From the IMG/VR virus record IMGVR_UViG_3300046744_000381, positions 1 to 64,000 of that record: a stretch of 64,000 nt of DNA; one strand, 5' to 3'. The translations under genes and the position numbers were made by a program. Position 1 is the stretch's first letter; each line of letters opens with the position of its first letter. Below are positions 10,227 to 17,973 of the stretch, piece by piece. Below the pieces are notes generated by a model, which ran no database searches, had not been told where the DNA came from, and saw only the letters and a program-made list of their open reading frames with translations. The stretch is from a virus.

Positions 10227-10747
10227 AAAGAGTATACGATCAAGGTGTAAAAGAAGATGTAACTATGTTTATAGGTACAGAAGTAGAACACACTCCGCAG
10301 TTTGGAAAGAAAACACTTTTTGTAGTAGGTGTAAAAAATATAGACGAAATTATGAGTACAGCAGATAAGTTTGGTTGTAAACATATATACTGTGGTGCTA
10401 ATATGAGTTTTGATGTCACAAGCAATACATTAAGCCAGTGGAAACCTTGGGAAGATATGATACTTCCTTTGTTAAGTCAAGGATATTGGGTTACATTAGA
10501 TATTGATGTTAAACAAGTCGAAGGATTACTTGAAAGCGGTTTTACTGAATACAATAGATTTATTCCAATGATTAGTGTAAAATTACCATACATTAGTCAA
10601 TTAGGATACAATGCTTGTCTAAAATTAGATGACAGAGATTTTGATAGCACTAATCCAGGTGTATGGGTGCATAGGATGCACGATCTAAAAGAGAAAGCCG
10701 TTTTTACTGATTGGTCTAAATACACTACAGACGAAATCATAGGTTGA
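10223..10747 (+). CDS. hypothetical protein of the 7-deazaguanine cluster
   Basis: 174 aa with FIGTEVEHTP and KLDDRDF...NPGVW. Lies between the dpdA-like and T-fold genes. Confidence 0.75.
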   Translation: MKRVYDQGVKEDVTMFIGTEVEHTPQFGKKTLFVVGVKNIDEIMSTADKFGCKHIYCGANMSFDVTSNTLSQWKPWEDMILPLLSQGYWVTLDIDVKQVEGLLESGFTEYNRFIPMISVKLPYISQLGYNACLKLDDRDFDSTNPGVWVHRMHDLKEKAVFTDWSKYTTDEIIG

Positions 10748-10772
10748 CATTATGGAACAAGAACGTTATTAT
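10744..10772 (+). promoter_or_regulatory. sigma70-type promoter; may give a leaderless start at 10779
   Basis: TTGACA-17-TATTAT, 6 nt before an in-frame ATG. Confidence 0.55.
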
Positions 10773-11210
10773 GAATATATGAAACGTCGAATGAGAGAAG
10801 AGGACGCTAAATTGAGTATTACAAATAGATTAGAAAATGCAAAAAGAAGTATTTGGGTAACCTTTACTAAAGAAGGTATTCACAAGTATCCAGCAGCACT
10901 TGACGATCCTGCGCTGGCAACAGGTGACGAATATGATGTAAGTTTCTTAGGATACCCACATCGTCATACATTTCATTTTAAAGTACAAATTCAAGTAACA
11001 CACAACGATAGAGACATTGAATTTATTCAATTCAAGCGTTGGTTAGAATCATTGTATGTAGGTGATATCCTACAACTAGACTACAAGAGCTGTGAGATGA
11101 TCGCAGATGACTTGTATCAAAAGATTAACGACAAATATCCCGGCCGGTTTGTTGTTATTGATGTCGCCGAAGATGGCGAAAACGGCTGTCAAATTGTATA
11201 CCCAGGATAA
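10752..11210 (+). CDS. dpdL: T-fold QueD paralogue, DpdL-like (putative CDG decarboxylase)
   Basis: LGYPHRHTF fits LxxxHRHxF and lacks the QueD Cys-x-HGH motif. DRDIEFI, SCEMIA and VAEDGENG are T-fold features. Confidence 0.65.
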   Translation: MEQERYYEYMKRRMREEDAKLSITNRLENAKRSIWVTFTKEGIHKYPAALDDPALATGDEYDVSFLGYPHRHTFHFKVQIQVTHNDRDIEFIQFKRWLESLYVGDILQLDYKSCEMIADDLYQKINDKYPGRFVVIDVAEDGENGCQIVYPG

Positions 11211-11223
11211 GGAATAAGGTACA

Positions 11224-11412
11224 ATGACTATCAAGAATCCGGTAGTAACTAAAATTTTTAACGACTTAGACGAGCTGCACGATTTTTGTCGTACAGAAGG
11301 CTATCCATTTAATGAAGCAGATTTATACAAAAAAGATGCTCGTGTATGGGGAGCTTTTACAAAGTATAAAAATTGGATCCGAGCTAAGAATCGGAATAAA
11401 GGACGTAATTAA
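11224..11412 (+). CDS. hypothetical protein
   Basis: 62 aa, RBS present, TAATG coupling to the next gene. Confidence 0.7.
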   Translation: MTIKNPVVTKIFNDLDELHDFCRTEGYPFNEADLYKKDARVWGAFTKYKNWIRAKNRNKGRN

Positions 11413-12575
11413 TGCGTAAACTGTTTTATATGGGCTTAGAGCCTTATGAAGGCAGGTACACACTACAGCTAGAAGAATGGAGTAGGCGTACTTTCCAGCG
11501 TCGAAACATTGACTGGGTAAGTGTACCTGGTACAACTATTGATAATACAAAAGCAATACAAGTAGGCCAGGTGTTAGATGCACACGGCCGTTCCTACTTT
11601 GCTATGTCGCAAATGATGAACTTGGTGCAAATGATGCGTAACGGCGAAGTGACAGGTGAAGATGTTATTTTCTTTGAAGATATGTTTCAGCCTGGTATGG
11701 AGTCGTTGCCTTACATTATGGATCAGATTCCAGCAGAACAACAGCCACAAGTTTGGATACGTTGTTTGGCACAGGCAGTAGACCCAGATGACTTTGTACA
11801 CGTTTGGGGTATGGGTAAATGGATGAGTTTGTATGAAGAAATGTGCAACGAGTTTGTTACTGGTGTATTAGCAAGTAATGAAGAAATGGTTGCACATATG
11901 AAAATAGCAAACTGGAAAGCACCTATTTACAACATTAGCGGACTTGCATTTGATAAAACAGAAGTGCAACTTAGAGTAGGCGAAATTAAGCCTTGGGATG
12001 AACGTGAGAATCGTGTTGTTTTTGCAGCACGTTTTGATCAAGAAAAACAGCCAGACTTTTTTATGGATATTGCTGAACAACTTAATGACGAAAACATTGA
12101 GTTTGCTATTCTACAAGGTGGTCCATTAAGAAGTAATAATCAAAAATATATTGATAGAGCAAGAGCTCTTGAAAAAGCAGGTTGCTTAAAAATTTATGAA
12201 AACTTAAAAAAGAATGATTACTATCATATTGTAAATCATAGTAAAGTTTTGTTTAATTGTGCATTGCAAGATTGGACAAGTAATACAGTAAGTGAAGCAG
12301 ATGCATTAGGTTGTAATGTATTGTTTCCTGCATATAGAAGTTTTCCTGAGATATTTGCAAACGATCATACAAGAATGTATGTGCCTTGGAGTGTTACAGA
12401 TGCAGTTAACAAACTACAGCCATTGCTAGATTCTCCGCACAAAGACTTAGGTGCAATCAGTAATTGGACTAGTGCAACTATTGATCGTTACATTGATATT
12501 ATGCAAGGCAACGGTGAAAAGTGGCGTAGAGACAGCAATCGTTATAGAGATCACGTAGCGGAGACAAAGTATTGA
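11412..12575 (+). CDS. GT-B glycosyltransferase
   Basis: VVFAARFDQEKQP and NCALQDWTSNTVSEADALGCNVLFP correspond to the GT-B nucleotide-sugar-binding domain. Confidence 0.8.
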   Translation: MRKLFYMGLEPYEGRYTLQLEEWSRRTFQRRNIDWVSVPGTTIDNTKAIQVGQVLDAHGRSYFAMSQMMNLVQMMRNGEVTGEDVIFFEDMFQPGMESLPYIMDQIPAEQQPQVWIRCLAQAVDPDDFVHVWGMGKWMSLYEEMCNEFVTGVLASNEEMVAHMKIANWKAPIYNISGLAFDKTEVQLRVGEIKPWDERENRVVFAARFDQEKQPDFFMDIAEQLNDENIEFAILQGGPLRSNNQKYIDRARALEKAGCLKIYENLKKNDYYHIVNHSKVLFNCALQDWTSNTVSEADALGCNVLFPAYRSFPEIFANDHTRMYVPWSVTDAVNKLQPLLDSPHKDLGAISNWTSATIDRYIDIMQGNGEKWRRDSNRYRDHVAETKY

Positions 12576-13447
12576 AAGTTTTAGTTACAGGTGCAACAGG
12601 ATACATAGGAAGTCACGTTTGTAAACTACTTAAACAACGTGGACACTTTGTAGTGGGCTGGGATATTAATATTCACGGCGAACACAATGATGTATCCGCA
12701 TACTGTAACGAATTTTCTAATGTTGATGTTACTGGGCAATATGTAGGCGGCATTTATGATGCTGTTGTGCATTTAGCAGGACGTAGTGTAGTACCAGATA
12801 GTATGAAGGAGCCAAGCGAATACTATAGAGTAAATGTAATGGGTACACTTAATCTTTTAAATAAAATAACTTGTCCACACATATTATTCGCTAGTACAAG
12901 TAGTGCTTGGGAAATGGAATCACCTTATGCAAGGAGTAAAGTGGCAGCAGAAGATGTAATCAAGGAGAAAGCAGATGGATACACTATCTTTAGATTTTTT
13001 AACGTATCTGGTACTGACGGCGTTCATCGTCAACTGGGTACTCCTACCCATCTTATTCGTGTCGCTGCTATGGTGGCTGCTGGCAAGATTCCAGACATTA
13101 AGATCTTTGGTACGGACTATGCTACTAGGGATGGCACTTGCATTCGCGATTATATTCATATTGTTGATTTGGCTTGTGCCATTGTCAACGGAATCGAACG
13201 TGGTCCCGCAAATACGCCATATGAATGTCTTGGTAGTAACGTAGGATATAGTGTACGTGAGGTAATCAGCACTATGGAACAAGTTACTAATAAAAAGTTA
13301 AATATAATCGAAGCTGATCGTAGAGTTGGTGATGCAGTTTCTAGTGTAGTTGATAATTTAAGTGATTTGGTTATATTAGAAAAAAATATAGAAGATATGT
13401 GTTTAGATCAATATAAATTAGAAAGGAGCAAAAATGCATTCGAGTGA
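12572..13447 (+). CDS. galE: UDP-glucose 4-epimerase
   Basis: TGATGYIGSH, YARSK, RFFNVSG and DGTCIRDYIHIVDLA. Confidence 0.92.
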   Translation: MKVLVTGATGYIGSHVCKLLKQRGHFVVGWDINIHGEHNDVSAYCNEFSNVDVTGQYVGGIYDAVVHLAGRSVVPDSMKEPSEYYRVNVMGTLNLLNKITCPHILFASTSSAWEMESPYARSKVAAEDVIKEKADGYTIFRFFNVSGTDGVHRQLGTPTHLIRVAAMVAAGKIPDIKIFGTDYATRDGTCIRDYIHIVDLACAIVNGIERGPANTPYECLGSNVGYSVREVISTMEQVTNKKLNIIEADRRVGDAVSSVVDNLSDLVILEKNIEDMCLDQYKLERSKNAFE

Positions 13448-13709
13448 ATTAGAAGGAACTGATAATTTATATTATTGGGTATTACGTGCTATTGAATTTT
13501 TAGATGATGGAGAATTTTTAGAAGGAATTATGTGGTTTGAAGAACAAGCAAAACATATTTTAGATAATATTCAAGAATGGCCAGAAAATCCTCAATTACT
13601 ACAAGATTGTAAAGATGCTCGTGAAATGATTCAAAACGAAGATTGGCCCGGTGTATTAGAAGCAATTGAAAATCTTAGAATGCATATGGAAAATATGGAG
13701 TACTTATAA
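13434..13709 (+). CDS. acidic hypothetical protein
   Basis: AAGGAG RBS, coupled to neighbours. Confidence 0.7.
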   Translation: MHSSELEGTDNLYYWVLRAIEFLDDGEFLEGIMWFEEQAKHILDNIQEWPENPQLLQDCKDAREMIQNEDWPGVLEAIENLRMHMENMEYL

Positions 13710-14065
13710 TGCGTGATCACGCAGAAAATACAATAACAATTACTTTGGATGATTGTGACGAATCCGGAATGTCAGTAACTAATGTTACTACTAGTCCACT
13801 TACAGGCAATGATTATACATTTTCCTTAACCGATAGTATTAGTACCATTGATACAAGTGGAATTGAAGATTTAATTGATATGGATTCTGGAATTACAATT
13901 GATATTAATACTCCTGTAATTTTTGAAGATTATATGCCCGAAGTATCAAAAGTAGAAGATATGTGTAATGAGTATCCTGCACTACAAAAAGTATATGAAA
14001 ACTTTAAAAGCATATATCATATGGTACATCAGGATTATGTTGGCAATAAAAAAAATGCAACATAG
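13709..14065 (+). CDS. hypothetical protein
   Basis: Low-complexity T/S/D N-terminus. C-terminal MCNEYPALQKVYENFKSIY. Confidence 0.7.
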   Translation: MRDHAENTITITLDDCDESGMSVTNVTTSPLTGNDYTFSLTDSISTIDTSGIEDLIDMDSGITIDINTPVIFEDYMPEVSKVEDMCNEYPALQKVYENFKSIYHMVHQDYVGNKKNAT

Positions 14066-14276
14066 CTTAGAACAATGGATAGAACGCATTAATACAATGA
14101 AAGATTTGTGTATCCAAGCACATAGAGTACGCAACGAATTTGCTGAAATTAGTTATAAAGAATATGACAAAGAAACTTGTAAACATTTATTAGAACAAGT
14201 TCAGTCTATGGCAAGAGGCATTGCAAATGAACAAATTACTGAAATAAAAACAGAGATGGACGAATGGAAAAAATAA
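14055..14276 (+). CDS. hypothetical protein
   Basis: MQHSLEQWIERIN...; start trimmed from ORF 13968. Confidence 0.65.
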   Translation: MQHSLEQWIERINTMKDLCIQAHRVRNEFAEISYKEYDKETCKHLLEQVQSMARGIANEQITEIKTEMDEWKK

Positions 14277-14788
14277 GCAGAAAGTATTACTCTTGGGAAG
14301 ATGTACAAAAATGTGCTCATAAACTTGCATTAATGATGTACAAAAGCGGGTTTCGTCCTGACTATATTGTAGGGCTAAACAGAGGTGGACTGCCACTGAG
14401 TGTTATGTTAAGTCATTTACTCGATTGTAACCATTATGCTCTTGATGTAAGATTACGTGACAATGCTACACAAGAATCTAATTGCTGGATGGCTGAAGAT
14501 GCATTCGGTTATCTTGATGGTAAATGCAAACCTAAAATGCGAAAGCAAATACTAATAGTAGATGACATCAACGACACAGGCGCTACATTTGAATGGATTA
14601 AGAAAGATTGGCAAGCAGGTTGTTTACCAAATAGTGAAGGGTGGGACGAAGTTTGGGACGAAAATGTACGTTTTGCTACAATGTGTGAAAAGACACACAC
14701 CAAGTTTGATGGTGTAAATTATGTTTGGGAAGAAATAGATACCAGCGAAAAAGACACTTGGATAGTTTTTCCTTGGGAATATGATTAA
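14264..14788 (+). CDS. type I phosphoribosyltransferase (xanthine/guanine PRT-like)
   Basis: IVGLNRGGL, the PRPP-binding ILIVDDINDTGAT, and WIVFPWE. Confidence 0.9.
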   Translation: MEKISRKYYSWEDVQKCAHKLALMMYKSGFRPDYIVGLNRGGLPLSVMLSHLLDCNHYALDVRLRDNATQESNCWMAEDAFGYLDGKCKPKMRKQILIVDDINDTGATFEWIKKDWQAGCLPNSEGWDEVWDENVRFATMCEKTHTKFDGVNYVWEEIDTSEKDTWIVFPWEYD

Positions 14789-14797
14789 GGAGACAAT

Positions 14798-14929
14798 ATG
14801 AGTTGCGGTTGTGGAAGATCGCCAACAGGTAGATGTATCGGTTGGCATAGTTTGACAGAAGACGAATATCGTGTTAAACTAGACGAGTATAACAAAAGAC
14901 AGGCATTAAAGGAGAAAAAAGATGCGTGA
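14798..14929 (+). CDS. 43 aa Cys/His microprotein, CDGSH-like (not in ORF track)
   Basis: AAGGAG RBS then MSCGCGRSPTGRCIGWHSLTEDEYRVKL... Confidence 0.7.
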   Translation: MSCGCGRSPTGRCIGWHSLTEDEYRVKLDEYNKRQALKEKKDA

Positions 14930-15122
14930 ACAACTAGTAAAGGCTGCAAGAATGCACGCCGAAGGTGAGCTTGAAAGAGCAAAAACAAACATCTTGGTGT
15001 ATATGCATCAAGCAGTAGGTATTGGTGAACATAGCGATATTGTTGAAGCTATTCAAGAAGAACTTGATAAAATGGCTGCGGCAACAGACCGTATCGAAAT
15101 GTTAAATGAACATTTTAGTTGA
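14922..15122 (+). CDS. small hypothetical phage protein
   Basis: AAGGAG RBS and an AVGIGEHSDIVE motif. Confidence 0.75.
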   Translation: MREQLVKAARMHAEGELERAKTNILVYMHQAVGIGEHSDIVEAIQEELDKMAAATDRIEMLNEHFS

Positions 15123-15147
15123 CAAAAGATCTAAATAGTGTTACTAT
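15119..15147 (+). promoter_or_regulatory. sigma70 promoter of folE
   Basis: TTGACA-17-TACTAT with an extended TG. Confidence 0.75.
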
Positions 15148-15185
15148 AAACAATAGACATCCTCGTCTATAACTCGGAGAATTAA

Positions 15186-15893
15186 ATGACAGAAGAAGTA
15201 AAAGTAAGTCAAGTTGTACGTGAAAGACTTAAAAAAAATAACGTGCGTTTCTATGCAAATGATAATATCAGCGAACACGTAAGCGAGTGGGAACTTGAAG
15301 AGATCAAGAACGAACTTGCTTATAAGTTTGAAGATGTTTTAAAAACACTTATTATTGATACTGAAAACGATCCTAACAGTATTGATACTGGTAGACGTAT
15401 GGCAAAAATGTATGTCAATGAGATTATGTCTGGTAGATATAATCCAATGCCAGCGCCTAATGCTTTTCCTAATTATGTAAATGAAGGTGAAGGTTATGAA
15501 GGTATGTTGGTTGTGCGAAGTGAACTTACAAGTTTATGTTCGCATCATCACCAAACAGTAAAAGGTGTAGCATACATTGGTATTATTGCTGGTCCTAAGT
15601 TGCTAGGTTTGAGTAAATACACACGTATTGCTCAATGGTGTGCTATGCGTGGAACACTACAAGAAGAACTAAATGTTATGATTGCTGATGAAATTCAGAA
15701 ACATACAGGCAGTGAAAATGTTGGTGTTTATGTACAAGCCACACACGGTTGTTGTGAAAATAGAGGCATCAAAGCACATAGTAGTTTAACACAAACTACA
15801 GTGTTACGTGGTGCATTTAAAAATGATCCAGCAACTAAAAAAGAGTTTATCGATAATGTGAAACTCCAACAGCAATTTGCACAGGGGTCATAA
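15186..15893 (+). CDS. folE: GTP cyclohydrolase I
   Basis: SLCSHH, GLSKYTR, LQEEL, ATHGCCENRG and TTVLRGAF. Confidence 0.95.
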   Translation: MTEEVKVSQVVRERLKKNNVRFYANDNISEHVSEWELEEIKNELAYKFEDVLKTLIIDTENDPNSIDTGRRMAKMYVNEIMSGRYNPMPAPNAFPNYVNEGEGYEGMLVVRSELTSLCSHHHQTVKGVAYIGIIAGPKLLGLSKYTRIAQWCAMRGTLQEELNVMIADEIQKHTGSENVGVYVQATHGCCENRGIKAHSSLTQTTVLRGAFKNDPATKKEFIDNVKLQQQFAQGS

Positions 15894-16057
15894 TGACAGA
15901 ACCAGTAGATGTAAGTAAAAAGCACTTTTACATTAGTTTAATAAAAAGTGCTGTACGTATCGCAGGATGCGGTGTGTGTTTATATACAGGCAGTGTAGTT
16001 TGGTTAGCAAGTGGTTTTCTTGTTGCTGAACTGCTCGGCATTGCGGAGGAACTATAA
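15893..16057 (+). CDS. 54 aa membrane protein (not in ORF track)
   Basis: MTEPVDVSKKHFYISLIKSAVRIAG...AELLGIAEEL, with TAATG coupling at both ends. Confidence 0.7.
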   Translation: MTEPVDVSKKHFYISLIKSAVRIAGCGVCLYTGSVVWLASGFLVAELLGIAEEL

Positions 16058-16950
16058 TGAAGTTACGCTATAGCGAAGCATTTTATAGTGTACAAGGAGA
16101 AGGTAAGTTCGTAGGAGTACCAAGTGTATTCCTACGTACCTTCGGTTGTAACTTCCGTTGTATGAATTTTGGTTTAAAGAATGAGCCTATGCGTGATATA
16201 AAACAAAAAGCAGGCATTATCCACAATGCCGAAGTGCAAGGATTGCTTGATGCTGGCGTACACGAGACTACCAAAGAGTTTAATGACTTACCTATTATAC
16301 ACACAGGTTGTGATACATACGCAAGTATCTATCCAGAGTTTAAACACTTTAATAGACAAGCAACTGTAGACGAAGTCGTAGAACATTTGCTTTCACTTAC
16401 TCCCAACGGTAAGTGGGTACAGGATAATGGTCAAGATGTACACTTGATTATGACAGGCGGTGAACCGTTGTTAGCGTGGCAACGGCTTTACGTAGAGCTG
16501 TTTGAACATCCACGTATGCAGGATTTAAGGAACATCACATTTGAAACAAACACTACACAACATTTACACGACGATCTCTACAACTATCTCAACGACAGCG
16601 ACAGACTTACAGTCACTTGGAGTTGTTCCCCAAAACTTAGTGTCTCAGGAGAACCTTGGGAAACTGCTATTAAGCCTGATGTTGCTCGTGAGTATACTAG
16701 GGTTGACGGTAGCGAACTTTATCTTAAGTTTGTTGTGGCTACTGAAGACGATTTTATGGAAGTCAAAAGAGCTGTTAGTGCTTACCAAGATGCCGGGCTA
16801 CAATGTCCAGTATATCTTATGCCAATGGGCGGGCGCAGTGAAGAATACTCCCTCAACGTTAAAGACGTGGCTGAAGCGTGTATGGCAGAAGGATGGCGAT
16901 TTACCCCCAGACTCCATATTAGCTTATTCGGAAATGCCTGGGGAACTTAG
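16057..16950 (+). CDS. queE: 7-carboxy-7-deazaguanine synthase (radical SAM) with an expanded Cys motif
   Basis: EAFYSVQGEG, VFLRTFGCNFRC...GCDT, TGGEP, ETN, CSPKL and RLH. Confidence 0.9.
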   Translation: MKLRYSEAFYSVQGEGKFVGVPSVFLRTFGCNFRCMNFGLKNEPMRDIKQKAGIIHNAEVQGLLDAGVHETTKEFNDLPIIHTGCDTYASIYPEFKHFNRQATVDEVVEHLLSLTPNGKWVQDNGQDVHLIMTGGEPLLAWQRLYVELFEHPRMQDLRNITFETNTTQHLHDDLYNYLNDSDRLTVTWSCSPKLSVSGEPWETAIKPDVAREYTRVDGSELYLKFVVATEDDFMEVKRAVSAYQDAGLQCPVYLMPMGGRSEEYSLNVKDVAEACMAEGWRFTPRLHISLFGNAWGT

Positions 16951-17029
16951 GAAGTATAAAAACGCACAGCACGAAAAGGCTATGAAAGCGCCTATCGATC
17001 AAGATGCACTTAGAAAGGCAGGTTTATAA
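16934..17029 (+). CDS. possible 31 aa peptide
   Basis: MPGELRKYKNAQHEKAMKAPIDQDALRKAGL fills the gap after queE. Its stop overlaps the next ATG. Confidence 0.4.
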   Translation: MPGELRKYKNAQHEKAMKAPIDQDALRKAGL

Positions 17030-17436
17030 TGAAGAAATTGCTTAAAAAAATTACAGGTATTACTGCTAAAGAACAAGCCCTTGCGGCAGAGGAAGCACGT
17101 ATCAAAGAAGAAGAAATGAAACTTCTTAAAAAGAAGGACCCTAAAGCATACTATACAAAGAAAAAAGAGGCTTGGGTAAATGTTCTTGATATGAAAATTA
17201 ACAAAGATAATATTCGAAACGGGTTCTTTGAGCTCGATTGGAATGAATACTTTATTAAAGAACTAATGCAAAATGGATATGGTTTTGAAAATGATCCAGA
17301 AGAAGAAATTGTAGATCGCTGGTTTAAAGAAATTGTATATAATATGTTAGCAGAAGAAGGCATTGATTCAACTGATAGAGGTGCAGGTTATATTAATGTT
17401 GTGCCTATTGACAAAGGTACCAGTGAAGTTAGTTAA
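17029..17436 (+). CDS. hypothetical phage protein
   Basis: NGFFELDWNEYFI...EEIVDRWF. Confidence 0.75.
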   Translation: MKKLLKKITGITAKEQALAAEEARIKEEEMKLLKKKDPKAYYTKKKEAWVNVLDMKINKDNIRNGFFELDWNEYFIKELMQNGYGFENDPEEEIVDRWFKEIVYNMLAEEGIDSTDRGAGYINVVPIDKGTSEVS

Positions 17437-17576
17437 TGGCTAAGAAATCAAAGCAAGCTAAATTGTTCAAAGAATGGAAAAATCATCTTAGCAATAGTAA
17501 ATTAACAACTGAAGAAATTATACGTAGAGCAAAAAGTTTAACAAAAAAAGGTATGCAGGTAAAAAATGATGCGTGA
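17436..17576 (+). CDS. 46 aa basic hypothetical protein (not in ORF track)
   Basis: MAKKSKQAKLFKEWKNHL..., TAATG-coupled. Confidence 0.55.
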   Translation: MAKKSKQAKLFKEWKNHLSNSKLTTEEIIRRAKSLTKKGMQVKNDA

Positions 17577-17973
17577 TGATTTAATGGTACAGCAGCAAGT
17601 AGATAACGTTTGGCAGCATATGGTAGGTGTAATTTGTCTTAATTGTACAAATAGGAAACAAGTTAAACGTGTTTTGCCACCATTATTTGCAACTGCTCCA
17701 ACTCCGATACATTTCCTAAATACCCCAGAAAATACAATAAAAACCATAATCGAAAGTCTGGGTATGGTAAATGTAAGATATAAGCGTTTGAAAAGAATGA
17801 GTAAAGAGTTCTTGACTTGGGACGGAAAGGATGCTACAATATTGTATGGAATAGGCAAATACGGCAGCGATAGTTATCGTCTATTTTATAAGAGAGAGGT
17901 TCCCGACAATGTTGGTGATCACGAATTGAAACGCTATGTAGAAGAAGAGTTTTATGACTTACATACTAATTGA
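17566..17973 (+). CDS. HhH-GPD DNA glycosylase, MBD4-like
   Basis: WQHMVGVICLNCT and LYGIGKYGSDSYRLF match the MBD4 catalytic-domain pattern. Confidence 0.8.
   Translation: MMRDDLMVQQQVDNVWQHMVGVICLNCTNRKQVKRVLPPLFATAPTPIHFLNTPENTIKTIIESLGMVNVRYKRLKRMSKEFLTWDGKDATILYGIGKYGSDSYRLFYKREVPDNVGDHELKRYVEEEFYDLHTN

Noticed and set aside
15153-15188. Canonical preQ1-I or THF-II riboswitch upstream of folE
   Set aside because: Lacks the preQ1-I loop consensus and A-rich tail, and is too short for THF-II. Kept only as a novel candidate.
16541-17029. 162 aa alternative-frame ORF overlapping queE
   Set aside because: Mostly a frame shadow of queE. Only the last 31 codons are plausible as a peptide, and no slippery site was identified.
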